From positions 1,398 to 63,880 of the forward strand of contig VBDQ01000033.1 of assembly GCA_005889075.1 (NCBI GenBank): 62,483 nucleotides of DNA, given 5' to 3'. This document shows positions 1 through 10,112 of this stretch, one piece after another. The position numbers and the translations under genes are program-made. Positions within the stretch are counted from its first letter, which is position 1; the number at the start of each line of letters is the position of its first letter. The notes under the pieces were generated by a model. That model saw only the letters and a list, made by a program, of their open reading frames with translations. It had not been told where the DNA came from and searched no databases. This DNA comes from Chloroflexota bacterium. Its GTDB lineage: Bacteria > Chloroflexota > Limnocylindria > P2-11E.

Positions 1-1056
1 CTCGCGGGTCTTGTCTTCGCGCACCTTCGCGAGCGCTGCCTCATTCACGGCCGCGTCCCGGCGGCTCGGGATGAACGCCGCCATGCCGCCCAGCGCGAAT
101 GCTCCGCGCTTGTGGCAGGTCTTCACGAGAAGCTCGGTGTACGCCCGCATGAACGGCACGGTCATCGTGACCTGCGCTCGATCCGGAAGGACGAACTCCT
201 TCCGATCGCCGAACTTCTTGATGATGCTGAACATGTAGTCCCAGCGCCCGGCGTTCAAGCCCGCCGAGTGCGTGCGCAGCTCGAAGAGCGTCTCATCCAT
301 CTCGAACGCGAGGGGCAACACCTCGACCAGCACCGTCGCCTTGATCCGTCCGTGCCCGAGGTTCAGCTCCTTCTCAGTCCAGTCGAAGATCTCGTTCCAG
401 AGGCGCGCCTCGCGGTGGCTCTCCAGCTTCGGCAGATAGAAGTACGGTGCCGTGCCCTTCTTGAGCAGTCGCACGGCGTTGTGAAATGCGTAGAGCCCGA
501 AGTCGAAGAGCGCTCCCGCGATCGGGAGCCCGTCGATCGTGAGGTGGCGCTCGTTCAGGTGCCAGCCCCGCGGCCGTACGACGAGGGTCGCCGTCTGGTC
601 GTTCAGGCGATAAACACGGCCGTCGGGATTGGTGAAGGAGATCTTCCGCTCGATCGCGTCGATCAGGTTCTGCTGGCCCTCGACCATGTTCTGCCAGGTC
701 GGTGTGTTGGCGTCCTCGAAGTCGGCCATGTAGACGGATGCGCCCGAGTTGAGAGCGTTGATCACCATCTTGCGGTCGGTCGGCCCGGTGATCTCGACCT
801 TGCGCACTCGAAGGTCATGCGGTACGTCGGCGACGCGCCAGTCCAGCTCCCTCACGTCACGTGTGTCGTCCAGGAAGTCGAGCGTTCCGCCGCTTCGCAG
901 CTGCTCCCAGCGTTCGGCGCGAGCAAGAAGCAGCTCCTGCCGGACAGGCTCGACCTCGCGATGGAGACGCGAAAGGAACTCGAGCGCGCCGTCGGAGAGG
1001 ATCGCCGGATATCGCCGATCCGAGGGCGCTCTGATCTCGATGTCGGCGACCTTCAC
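1..1056 (-). CDS. aceB: Malate synthase A (3' end runs off the window)
   Basis: Not in the ORF track. Manual minus-strand translation from GTG 1056 gives [11 protein letters not shown]...[38 protein letters not shown], a malate synthase A motif set. SD-like GAGGA upstream. Confidence 0.93.
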   Translation of the reverse strand, partial: MKVADIEIRAPSDRRYPAILSDGALEFLSRLHREVEPVRQELLLARAERWEQLRSGGTLDFLDDTRDVRELDWRVADVPHDLRVRKVEITGPTDRKMVINALNSGASVYMADFEDANTPTWQNMVEGQQNLIDAIERKISFTNPDGRVYRLNDQTATLVVRPRGWHLNERHLTIDGLPIAGALFDFGLYAFHNAVRLLKKGTAPYFYLPKLESHREARLWNEIFDWTEKELNLGHGRIKATVLVEVLPLAFEMDETLFELRTHSAGLNAGRWDYMFSIIKKFGDRKEFVLPDRAQVTMTVPFMRAYTELLVKTCHKRGAFALGGMAAFIPSRRDAAVNEAALAKVREDKTRE

Positions 1057-1075
1057 GGCCGTATCCTCGCACGCG

Positions 1076-1825
1076 GTGTTCGACCTGGCCGGCAAGCGTG
1101 CGCTCGTCACCGGTGGGTCGCGAGGGATCGGCCGCGCGATCGCACTGGCGCTCGCGAGCGTCGGTGCGGATGTCGCTATCACATCGCGAAAGGGCGACGA
1201 CGCCGAGCCGCTGGCGCGGGAGATCCGGGCGATGGGTCGCCGATCACTCGCGCTCCTGCTCGAGGTCCGGAACGCCGCGTCGATCCGCGTGTGCTTCGAC
1301 CGGCTCGGTCGCGAGTGGGGGAGCCTCGACATCCTCGTGAACAACGCCGGCACCAACGTTCCGCAGGACCTTTCGTCTCTCGATGAGACAGCGTGGGACA
1401 CGGTGGTCGACACGGACCTCAAAGGCGTCGCCTTCGTCACAAAAGCCGCGCTCGATCTCCTTGCCGATGGTGGCCGCGTCATCAACGTCGCGTCCATCTA
1501 CGGTGTCGTTGGGCGGGTGCAGCGCGTCGCCTACAGCGCGGCGAAGGGCGGGATCGTCACGATGACGAAGTCGCTGGCGCTCGAGCTCGCCAGCCGCGGC
1601 ATCACCGTGAACGCGGTCGGCCCGAGCCTGATCGAGACGGACCTCACCCGCGACCGGATGGCCCGCGACCCAGCATTCCGCGAAGACGAGGTCGCGCGAA
1701 CGCCGCTCGGCCGCCTGGGGATGCCCGAGGATGCCGCGGCGGCCGTCGTTTACTTCGCGTCTACCGAAGCCGCCTTCGTGACCGGCCAAACCCTTCTGGT
1801 CGACGGAGGCACATCCGCGCATTAG
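1076..1825 (+). CDS. Short-chain dehydrogenase/reductase (SDR, FabG-like)
   Basis: [17 protein letters not shown] and GQTLLVDGG motifs. Start likely GTG 1076 (alternative ATG 1040). Confidence 0.9.
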   Translation: MFDLAGKRALVTGGSRGIGRAIALALASVGADVAITSRKGDDAEPLAREIRAMGRRSLALLLEVRNAASIRVCFDRLGREWGSLDILVNNAGTNVPQDLSSLDETAWDTVVDTDLKGVAFVTKAALDLLADGGRVINVASIYGVVGRVQRVAYSAAKGGIVTMTKSLALELASRGITVNAVGPSLIETDLTRDRMARDPAFREDEVARTPLGRLGMPEDAAAAVVYFASTEAAFVTGQTLLVDGGTSAH

Positions 1826-1910
1826 TCGGCTAGACGACATCCCCCGCCCGTACGTCGGTACTCCCCCGCGGTCGAGATCGTCCCTCTGGGGGATGGGTCA
1901 GCCGATGCGC
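1817..1910. repeat. Intergenic imperfect inverted repeat/hairpin
   Basis: TCGGCT 1826-1831/AGCCGA 1900-1905 and CATCCCCC 1838-1845/GGGGGATG 1888-1895. Confidence 0.5.
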
Positions 1911-1944
1911 CCGCCTAGAAATCTCACAGAGCGCGGGAGGAAAC

Positions 1945-3681
1945 GTGGCGGGAGTCAGGCGGATCGCAACGCAGATGGAGCCGGCCGAGACCCGACCGGT
2001 GATCCAACCGGTCGTGCAGGAGACCGCGGTCGCGGCGGAGTCGCCGCGGCTCGAGCCGCGGCCGCTCACGGTCATTCCGATGACGCCGCCCGTCGAAGCG
2101 ACCCTCCGGATCCTTCTCAACAGCGTTCCGTATCTGATCGGCGCAGCCGTCGTCCGCCATCCAGCCGTCGGCGACGCGGTACAGGCGGAGGTCGGACGCA
2201 TGCCGTGGCTGCACGACCGACGACTCTTGAACCTGCAGCTCCCGGACGACACCCTTCCGGCGAACCGCGCCGTCGTCCTCGATTGGCCGGTGCCGTACCA
2301 AGCCGAATGGGTCGGCGTTCCGCCGCGGTTGCTCATCTCGCGCCTCGTGGGTCAGGACAAGACGGTCGGCGTCCTCCTGGGAACGTTGATCACGCGCGAG
2401 CAGCTCACCGCACAGGCGCGTGAGGCGCTCGATCTTTCGTGCGAGCTCATCGCGGCGGCGGTGGGCAGCGACAGCCTCGCGACGTTCGCAGCGATCGCCC
2501 CCTCGCAGCCTCGCCGCCTCGCGGTCGCCCCGGACGAAGCCGAGCCCGAGCCGCAGCCGCTCGTCGTCGAACCCGTCAGCGAGGTCGAACTCGACCCGAA
2601 GGACGAACAGGACGAGCGCGATCGGATGGTGGTCGAGGAGGTCGCGCGCGCGCTCGACGAGCTCACCGATGCGCGCTCCATTGGACGCGTCCTGCGCGAT
2701 GCGGTTTCGGCGATCGCGGGCGTCGATGGGTTCTCGGTCGCGCTCTTCAACAGCGTCAGGCGCGAGGTCGCTTATCGGTACAAGGTCGTTGGCGGTGATC
2801 CCGCGGCCCCCGAGATGGGCCGGCAGGCGATCGACGACGGTCCGGACTGCTACGCGGCGCGGCGCGATCGTCGCTGGCATACGTTCGTCCGAGAGATCGG
2901 CGTTCGCGGCTCCGAAGGCGTCGAAGCGCGAAAGATCTCGGTCCTCCAGTACCCCCTCGTGAGCGCCGACGAGATCTACGGTGTCGCGACGCTGCAGGCT
3001 TTCGGCGAGACCGGTTACTCAGATCACGCGACACGTCTTGTGGCCCGTGTCCTCGAGGTCGCGAGCGATCGGCTCGCGGCCGTCCGGCGGACGGGCCGCT
3101 TCCAACCAAGTCTCTCCCCTCAGGAGTCCGCGGCGGCCGCCGTCCTCCCGCCGGTCGCCGCGGCTCCATCCTCTCTGAAGAACGAGCCCGAGCCCCCGAC
3201 GACCGACGAGATCCTCGGCGATCTCCTGACCCAGTGCGCCGGTATCGGTCTTCCAACGACGTTCCTGGTGGGGGTCGACCCGGCGGCGGGATTGCTTCGC
3301 GGTGAGCTCATCTCCGGCTCGTCGGCCGCACGCGAGCTCGACTACGCGCTCGGCATCACGGTCGGCAGTTTCACCATCGAGCTCGCCGACCGCTATAACG
3401 CCATCGCGCGCGCGTGCCGAGAGGGACGAGTGGTCAGCGCGATGAGCCTTGACGAGATCGTGACCCCACTGCGCGACGCCGACGGCGCCGCGACCCTCGA
3501 GCGGCTCGTGCAAGGCGGGCGGTCGATGATCCTTCCGATCACGGTCTCCGGAGACGTCGTCGGCGCGCTCGTCGTCGGACCGATGGCCGACGAGCCGGGC
3601 TTCAGTACGGTCGAGAGCGTGCGCGATCTGGTGAACGAGACCGCATCGCGACTCACGGAGGCTTGGCGAACCAACCGCTAG
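1945..3681 (+). CDS. Multi-GAF-domain protein without a recognisable output domain
   Basis: GAF-like segments (VLQYPLVSADEIYGVATL; MILPITVSGDVVGALVVG) separated by Pro/Glu linkers. SD GGGAGG upstream. Confidence 0.65.
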   Translation: MAGVRRIATQMEPAETRPVIQPVVQETAVAAESPRLEPRPLTVIPMTPPVEATLRILLNSVPYLIGAAVVRHPAVGDAVQAEVGRMPWLHDRRLLNLQLPDDTLPANRAVVLDWPVPYQAEWVGVPPRLLISRLVGQDKTVGVLLGTLITREQLTAQAREALDLSCELIAAAVGSDSLATFAAIAPSQPRRLAVAPDEAEPEPQPLVVEPVSEVELDPKDEQDERDRMVVEEVARALDELTDARSIGRVLRDAVSAIAGVDGFSVALFNSVRREVAYRYKVVGGDPAAPEMGRQAIDDGPDCYAARRDRRWHTFVREIGVRGSEGVEARKISVLQYPLVSADEIYGVATLQAFGETGYSDHATRLVARVLEVASDRLAAVRRTGRFQPSLSPQESAAAAVLPPVAAAPSSLKNEPEPPTTDEILGDLLTQCAGIGLPTTFLVGVDPAAGLLRGELISGSSAARELDYALGITVGSFTIELADRYNAIARACREGRVVSAMSLDEIVTPLRDADGAATLERLVQGGRSMILPITVSGDVVGALVVGPMADEPGFSTVESVRDLVNETASRLTEAWRTNR

Positions 3682-3699
3682 CCGTATAGTCCGTCGCCG

Positions 3700-5532
3700 A
3701 TGTTCGGCGAGGTCACCTTCGCGGTCCTCGGCGTCCTCTTCCTCATCTACGACGTCCGAACGTTCGCATCGACATTCCAGCAGACGTTCTACGGCCAGGC
3801 CAACACGACGCTCGCGCTCCTGGCTGGAGGCGTGTTCGCGACCTCGCTGCTCGCGCCGATCGTCGGATGGCGCCTCGGGCCACGCCGCTCCGTCGGACTT
3901 GGTGCGGCGATGCTCGGCATCGCGACGCTGCTCGCGACGCTTTCGCGCAACAACATCTCCGACCTCGTGCTCACCGTCGTCGGCCTCGCCGGAGGGTTCT
4001 GGTGGCTCGCGCTGTTCCACGCGGCGCGTCCGGCGGATCGTCCCTCTCCGTTCCCCGTCGCGGTGCCGATCGCGATCGTCTTGGACCTCGCGCTGCGCGC
4101 GGCTTTCCGCACGATCCCAGTCGTCGATCAACCCCTCACCGTCGCCGCGCCGCTCGTCCTCGTCGCTGCCCTCGTGTTCCTCGCGGCTGGGCTCATCTCG
4201 ATCGGCGCTCAGCGCGGTTGGACGAGGCCCGGCCTTCGCGGGGCTGTCGCCATCGCCGCGCTCCCGGCGTTGTTACTCGTCGCGGAGACCGGCGGGACGA
4301 ACGGCGCGCAAATCGCGCTCGCCGGCGGTCTGGGATACGGAACCGAGGGGCGGAGCACCGAGCTCGCGCTTGTCCTCGTCGGCCTTGGCCTGGCGGCGGG
4401 GACCCTGCTCCTGACCCGGCCGCACGCACGCGGCGTCAGCGCGGCCATCGCCTGCGGCGCCGGCGCCGCACTTCTCTGGGCGCACGCGCCGCTCATCTCG
4501 CTCATCGGTGGGCTGGTGCTCGCGGCCGGCGTGGTCCTCGCGGGAGCATCGCTCCCGGGCGCGCCCACGATCGCCGCCCGCTCGCCCATCGTGGCCGGCC
4601 TCGCGCTCGGTGTCGGGTGGCTCGTTTTCGTCGCAACGGCCTTCGGCTTCTACGCGTTCTGGGCGTACGCGCCCGCGGTCTGGGCGGCGACGGCGTTCGT
4701 CGTCGTCGCGGCACTGTTTGCCGGCGGCGGGGGCCTGCCGGCGTGGCGCGTTCTGCCGATCGCGCTCGTCCCGATCGTGGTGGTCGTTCCGCTCGTCGCG
4801 CTCGCGACCACCCCGACCCCAGCGACGACCGAGGATCCCGTGAACACGTTCCGGGTCATGACCTACAACATCCATCAGGACTTCAACGCCGGCCAGATCC
4901 CATCGCTCGATTCGCTAGTCGACGTGATCTCGCGCGAGTCGCCGGATGTGCTCGTGCTCCAGGAGGTCGTCCGCGGATGGATGATCGACGAGCAGCACGA
5001 TGCCCTCAGCGTCCTCTCGGAGCGGCTCGGACTTCCATATGTCTTCGGCCCGAACATCGGCGACCTCTACGGCAACGCGCTCCTCTCGCGCTTTCCCATG
5101 ACCGACGTGAAGCGGATCCATTTCGCCGTCCAGCCGTCGCTCAAGCATCAGCCGCGTGGGGCGATCGGCGTCCGGATCGGCGACGTGCTCGTCGTAACGA
5201 CGCACCTCGACGATATCGCCGACTCGAGCTCGATCCGCCAGGAGCAGGTGCGCGCGATCCTGTCGGCCTGGAGTGGCGAGCGCACGGCGATCATCGCGGG
5301 GGATATGAATGCCGAACCCGGCGATCTCGAGATGGGTCTCTTCGGAGAGGCCGGGTACGGCGACCTTGGCGAGCCAGCTGGACCGACGACGACGATGGAC
5401 GACCCGCCCAAGCGGATCGATTACATCTGGGGTATCGGGGTCATCGCGTCGAACGTCCATACCGTCAGGGCTCCATCGGCATCGGACCACCTGGCGCTCC
5501 TCGTCACCGTGACGCGGCAGGTCCGGCCCTAG
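3700..5532 (+). CDS. Polytopic membrane protein with C-terminal endonuclease/exonuclease/phosphatase (EEP) domain, Cwh43/PGAP2IP-like architecture
   Basis: Many TM helices, then MTYNIH, LQEV, GNALLSRFP, THL, AGDMN, RIDYIW and SDH EEP motifs. Confidence 0.82.
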   Translation: MFGEVTFAVLGVLFLIYDVRTFASTFQQTFYGQANTTLALLAGGVFATSLLAPIVGWRLGPRRSVGLGAAMLGIATLLATLSRNNISDLVLTVVGLAGGFWWLALFHAARPADRPSPFPVAVPIAIVLDLALRAAFRTIPVVDQPLTVAAPLVLVAALVFLAAGLISIGAQRGWTRPGLRGAVAIAALPALLLVAETGGTNGAQIALAGGLGYGTEGRSTELALVLVGLGLAAGTLLLTRPHARGVSAAIACGAGAALLWAHAPLISLIGGLVLAAGVVLAGASLPGAPTIAARSPIVAGLALGVGWLVFVATAFGFYAFWAYAPAVWAATAFVVVAALFAGGGGLPAWRVLPIALVPIVVVVPLVALATTPTPATTEDPVNTFRVMTYNIHQDFNAGQIPSLDSLVDVISRESPDVLVLQEVVRGWMIDEQHDALSVLSERLGLPYVFGPNIGDLYGNALLSRFPMTDVKRIHFAVQPSLKHQPRGAIGVRIGDVLVVTTHLDDIADSSSIRQEQVRAILSAWSGERTAIIAGDMNAEPGDLEMGLFGEAGYGDLGEPAGPTTTMDDPPKRIDYIWGIGVIASNVHTVRAPSASDHLALLVTVTRQVRP

Positions 5533-5564
5533 CGCGCGACATTCGCGCGCTCTCGGGCGTTTTC

Positions 5565-6409
5565 ATGGATGTGCGCACCACCTTCCTGATTCTTGCGTGC
5601 CTGCTCGTCGGCTGCGGTGAGGTGACGGGCGCCGGTTCGGGACCCGCGGCACCGACCGCGACTGCCGTCATCGTGGCGCCGCGTGACCAGATCCCTGCTG
5701 CGCTCCGCGACTACATGGACCGCCTCACGCAGACGGCAGGAGCGGGCTACATCCGACGCGTTGACCGGATCACCGTGCGCCCGGCGACGTGGTCGGACCT
5801 TCCCGGGAGCGCCGGTGCTGCGAACGTCGATCCTGCCGCTGCGATCTGGATCATCGCGGCGACTGGCGAGTTCTATCCGACCTTCGGCTTGATGTCCGTG
5901 CCGCCGTCAGCGTGCGAGCTGTGGGCGCTCGATGCGAAGACATACGAGGTGCGGGGCTCGGTCCTAGGCGCTCTTAGTGACTGCGCTCGGTATTTCGGGG
6001 ACCTGCCGGCCCCGACATCCGCGCCGATTCGTGGACCGCGCCGACAGCGATCCCAGGCGATTATCTCTATCGGTTTGGCCACGGATCGGTCTTCGAGGTG
6101 TTCTGCCGACCGAACCACACCGCGACGGTCCCCGAGCCGAACGACGCTGCGATGCTCAAAGCGCTCGGATCACCCCGCGTGACGCCAGCCGGTGGCATGG
6201 CCCAGATCTGGCTCAAGAATGCGCACGCGCTGAGTGCGTCGGCGGGCTCCGATGGCGTCGTGACCGTGAAAGCGACGGTGAGGCGAGGCTTCGAGATCGT
6301 GAGCTACGACTGGCATGCGTTGGCTCCGCAGGGCGGCTACGTGAAGTTCCGGTTCGTCGACGCGAGCGGCGTCGACGTGATTCCGTACGCGGTGGCCAAC
6401 GGTCCGTAA
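5565..6409 (+). pseudogene. Putative lipoprotein, frameshifted near 6020-6040
   Basis: MDVRTTFLILACLLVGC lipobox from ATG 5565. Protein-like sequence continues in another frame (PTAIPGDYLYRFGHGSVFEVFCRP...) to the stop at 6409. Confidence 0.55.
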
Positions 6410-6455
6410 CGGACGTTAGACTCGATGAGACCGCCGCGCTTCCCCGAGCGGTCAC

Positions 6456-9400
6456 GTGGGGCAGGTCATCGCAAGCAAGTTCGTCCACCTTCACACCCAT
6501 AGCGAATACAGCCTGCTCGATGGGCTGTCGCGACTCTCCGATCTGGTGGCGCGCGCAAAGGCGCTGGAGATGCCGGCGCTCGCTCTTACGGATCACGGCG
6601 CGCTCTATGGCGCGATCGACTTTTACACGCTGTGCCGCGACGCCGGCATCAAGCCGATCGTCGGGATCGAGACCTACGTGGCGCGCAACAGCCGCCTCGA
6701 CCGCGATGCGCGCGTCGAGGGACACGGCAAGCCGTTCCACCTCGTGCTCCTGGCGAAGGACTTCACCGGCTACCAGAACCTCGTCGCGCTCGTGACCGCG
6801 GCGCACCTCGAGGGCTACTACTACCGCCCGCGGATGGACAAGGAGCTTCTTCGCGAGCGCAGCGCGGGGCTCATCGCGCTCTCGGCCTGCCTGCAGGGAG
6901 AGCTCGCGCGCGCGATCGAGGAGGACGGGATCGACGCGGCCTGCCGGGTCGCCGAGGAACACCGCGCGATCTTCGGTGAAGGCAACTATTACCTGGAGCT
7001 CATGTCGCACGGGCTCGACGAACAGGCCCGTGTCAACGAGGGCGTCCGGGAGGTCTCACGGCGGACCGGCATCGGGCTCGTCGCAACGAACGACATCCAC
7101 TACGTCAACGCCGAGGATGCCGAGGCGCAGGACGTGATGGTCTGCATCCAGAGTGGAAAGACGCTCGACACCCCCGATCGGCTCAAGATGATCGATCACC
7201 CCGACCTCTACATGAAGACAGCGGCCGAAATGGCCGAGCTCTTTCCCGATGATGCCGAGGCGCTCGCGAACACGGTCCGCATCGCGGAGAAGGTCGATCT
7301 CAAGCTTCCCCTCGGCGAGCTGCGCTTGCCGCACTTCGACGTCCCGGCCGGAAGGACGCCGGAGGATCAGCTCCGCGCGATGGCCGAAGCCGGGTCGGTC
7401 GCGCGCTACGGCGCGCTCACGCCGCAGCTCAAGGAGCGGATCGACAAAGAGCTCACCGTCATCGCGAAGACGGGCTACACGGGCTACATCCTCATCGTCC
7501 AGGACTTCATCCGCTTCGCGCATGAGCGGGGGATCCTCACCGCGGTGCGCGGGTCGGCCGGTGGCTCGCTCGTGAACTACGCGATCGGGCTGACGGATAT
7601 CGACCCGCTCAAGTACGGTCTGATCTTCGAGCGCTTCCTCAACCTGGAGCGGTTCACGCCTCCGGACATCGACGTCGACTTCATGGGCGACCGGCGCGAC
7701 GAGGTCATCCAGTACGTCACCCAGAAATACGGGGCCGACCGCGTCGCACAGATCGGCACGTTCAACACGATGCTCGCTCGCGCGGCCGTGCGCGACGTCG
7801 CGCGCGTCCTCGGCATGCCCTACGGCGATGCCGACCGCGTGGCGAAGACGATCCCGTTCGGCGCGGTCCTCGCGGACTCGCGGCGGATGGTCGCGGAGCT
7901 ACGGGACCTCGAGCAGCACGCCGATGTGCAGCGCCTGCTCGATTTGGCGGAGAAGGTCGAGGGCCTGGTGCGCTCGACGGGGACCCACGCCGCCGGGGTG
8001 GTGATCTCGCGCGAGCCGATCACCCAGCTCGTCCCCTTGGAGCGCTCCAAAGGCAACGTCAACGCGCTCCAGACGCAGTACGAGGATAAACAGCTCGAGA
8101 AGCTAGGCGTGCTCAAATTCGACTTTCTCGGGCTTGGCAACCTCACGATCCTCGAGCACGCCTTACGACTCATCGAGCGCCAGCGCGGCATCAAGATCCA
8201 GCGCGAAGACATCCCGCTCAACGACCGCAAGACCTTCGAGCTGCTTGGCTCGGGCGAGACCACCGGAATGTTCCAGCTGGAGTCGGCCGGGATGCGGCGG
8301 TACGTCCGCGAGCTCAAGCCGGACCGCGTCGAGGACGTCATGGCGATGGTCGCGCTCTTCCGGCCGGGTCCGATGGACTACATCCCGACCTACATCCGGC
8401 GCAAGCACGGCGAGGAGCCGGTCACGTACGCCCACCCGCTGCTCGAGCCGGTCCTCCAGAGCACGTACGGCGTGATGGTCTACCAGGAGGATGTGATGGC
8501 GGTGACCCAGGCCCTCGCCGGGTTCACCCTCGCCGAAGCGGACGTGCTGTGCTACGCGGTGCGCAAGAAGATCCGCGAGAAGCTCGACGCGCAGAAGGTG
8601 AAGTTCGTCTCCGGCGCGATCCGGAACGGCGTCCATGCCGACGTGATCGAAGCGGTGTGGAAGGACTTCGAGCCGTTCGCGCGTTACGGCTTCAACCGCG
8701 CGCACGCGGCGATCTACGGGATCATCGCGTACCACACCGCGTACTTGAAGGCGAACTACACGACCGAGTACATGACGGCGGTCCTTTCCGCGGAGATGGG
8801 GACGCCCGAGCGCGTTGCGATCGCAGTCGCGGAGTGCCGGCGCATGGGCATCGGGGTTTTGCCGCCCGACGTGAACGAGTCGGAGCTCGACTTCGCGATC
8901 ACGGCAAAAGGCATCCGGTTCGGGCTCGGCGCCGTGAAGAATGTCGGCGAAGGCGCGGTGGACGGCATCGTCGAGGCGCGGCGCTCCGCCGGTCCGTTTC
9001 GTTCGCTCGACGATCTCTGCGCACGGATCGACCTGCAGCGCGCTAACAAGCGTGTGGTGGAATCGCTGATTCGCTGCGGGGCCTGCGATGCCTTCGGACC
9101 GCGACAGACCCAGCTCAACGTGTTGGACGCGACGCTCGCGACGGCCCAGCGCGAGCAGCGCGACCGCGCGAGTGGACAGGTGGGACTGTTCGACCTCGCC
9201 GAGGCGTCGGTTCTTGGCGGCCCGCTCACCGGCACCGAGGCGCCGCGCCGCGAGCTGCTCGGATGGGAGAAGGAGCTTCTTGGCATCTATCTCTCCGAGC
9301 ATCCGCTCACCGCGCTCGCTCCCAAGATGGGCGACGTCGTGACCGCCTACCTCGCCGAGCTAAAGGAGGCCGGAGACGATCTCGTGACGATCGCGTGCGT

Positions 9401-10088
9401 GGTCACAAACGCGCGCAAGCACATCACCAAGAACAAGCAGCTGATGATGTTCGCGCAGGTCGAGGATCTGACCGGTTCGGTGGAGGTCACCGTCTTCCCA
9501 CGGACCTACGAGGCAACCGCGACGCTCTGGAACGCGGACGAGATCCTCCTTGTCCTCGCGCGCGTCGAGGAGCGCGACGAGGAGCCAAAGCTTCTCTGCG
9601 AGCACGCGGCCCGTTTCAACGATGCGGGGATTGCCGAGATCAAGCGTGTCGCTGACGAGCGGCGGCAGTTCCTCGCCAAGCGCGCCAAGTTCGCGCGGAA
9701 TGGGAACGGAAACGGAGGAGGTCGTCCGCGGGGCGTTAGCGCCGCTGGGGGGCTAGTGCAGCAGCCCTCGTCCGAGTCGGCCCACCGGTCGTCCCTAGCG
9801 CCCACTCCTCCGATTCCCGTATCCCCGTCAGAAGAAGAGCCGCCGCCGCTCGTCATCCGCTTTAGAGAGGTGCTCGACTACGAGCGGTCGATCGCGCTCT
9901 TCCAGCGCATCCAGCTCGTGCTCGCCGAGCACGCTGGAACCTCGCAGGTCTTGCTTGAACTACCCCGTAATGGCGGCGGGATGCGCAAGGTGCAGACTTC
10001 CTTCCGCGCGAGGCCGTCACGCGAGCTCGCGGAGGCCGTCGCGCGTGAGGTAGGCGGCGATGTGGTGGAGGTCGTCCTCCCGCGTTAG
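6456..10088 (+). CDS. dnaE: DNA polymerase III alpha subunit
   Basis: PHP FVHLHTHSEYSLLDG, RGSAGGS, PDIDVDF, KFDFLGL, YGFNRAH and an OB fold. Confidence 0.98.
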   Translation: MGQVIASKFVHLHTHSEYSLLDGLSRLSDLVARAKALEMPALALTDHGALYGAIDFYTLCRDAGIKPIVGIETYVARNSRLDRDARVEGHGKPFHLVLLAKDFTGYQNLVALVTAAHLEGYYYRPRMDKELLRERSAGLIALSACLQGELARAIEEDGIDAACRVAEEHRAIFGEGNYYLELMSHGLDEQARVNEGVREVSRRTGIGLVATNDIHYVNAEDAEAQDVMVCIQSGKTLDTPDRLKMIDHPDLYMKTAAEMAELFPDDAEALANTVRIAEKVDLKLPLGELRLPHFDVPAGRTPEDQLRAMAEAGSVARYGALTPQLKERIDKELTVIAKTGYTGYILIVQDFIRFAHERGILTAVRGSAGGSLVNYAIGLTDIDPLKYGLIFERFLNLERFTPPDIDVDFMGDRRDEVIQYVTQKYGADRVAQIGTFNTMLARAAVRDVARVLGMPYGDADRVAKTIPFGAVLADSRRMVAELRDLEQHADVQRLLDLAEKVEGLVRSTGTHAAGVVISREPITQLVPLERSKGNVNALQTQYEDKQLEKLGVLKFDFLGLGNLTILEHALRLIERQRGIKIQREDIPLNDRKTFELLGSGETTGMFQLESAGMRRYVRELKPDRVEDVMAMVALFRPGPMDYIPTYIRRKHGEEPVTYAHPLLEPVLQSTYGVMVYQEDVMAVTQALAGFTLAEADVLCYAVRKKIREKLDAQKVKFVSGAIRNGVHADVIEAVWKDFEPFARYGFNRAHAAIYGIIAYHTAYLKANYTTEYMTAVLSAEMGTPERVAIAVAECRRMGIGVLPPDVNESELDFAITAKGIRFGLGAVKNVGEGAVDGIVEARRSAGPFRSLDDLCARIDLQRANKRVVESLIRCGACDAFGPRQTQLNVLDATLATAQREQRDRASGQVGLFDLAEASVLGGPLTGTEAPRRELLGWEKELLGIYLSEHPLTALAPKMGDVVTAYLAELKEAGDDLVTIACVVTNARKHITKNKQLMMFAQVEDLTGSVEVTVFPRTYEATATLWNADEILLVLARVEERDEEPKLLCEHAARFNDAGIAEIKRVADERRQFLAKRAKFARNGNGNGGGRPRGVSAAGGLVQQPSSESAHRSSLAPTPPIPVSPSEEEPPPLVIRFREVLDYERSIALFQRIQLVLAEHAGTSQVLLELPRNGGGMRKVQTSFRARPSRELAEAVAREVGGDVVEVVLPR

Positions 10089-10112
10089 CCCGGCCTCCGG
10101 CAGGGGAAGGGA

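Noticed and set aside
112-1386. 424-aa plus-strand ORF and many other long overlapping ORFs (e.g. 15545-17806, 29281-32175, 33213-35099, 48265-49833)
   Set aside because: Antisense or shifted-frame shadows of well-supported genes; expected at high GC; no motifs.
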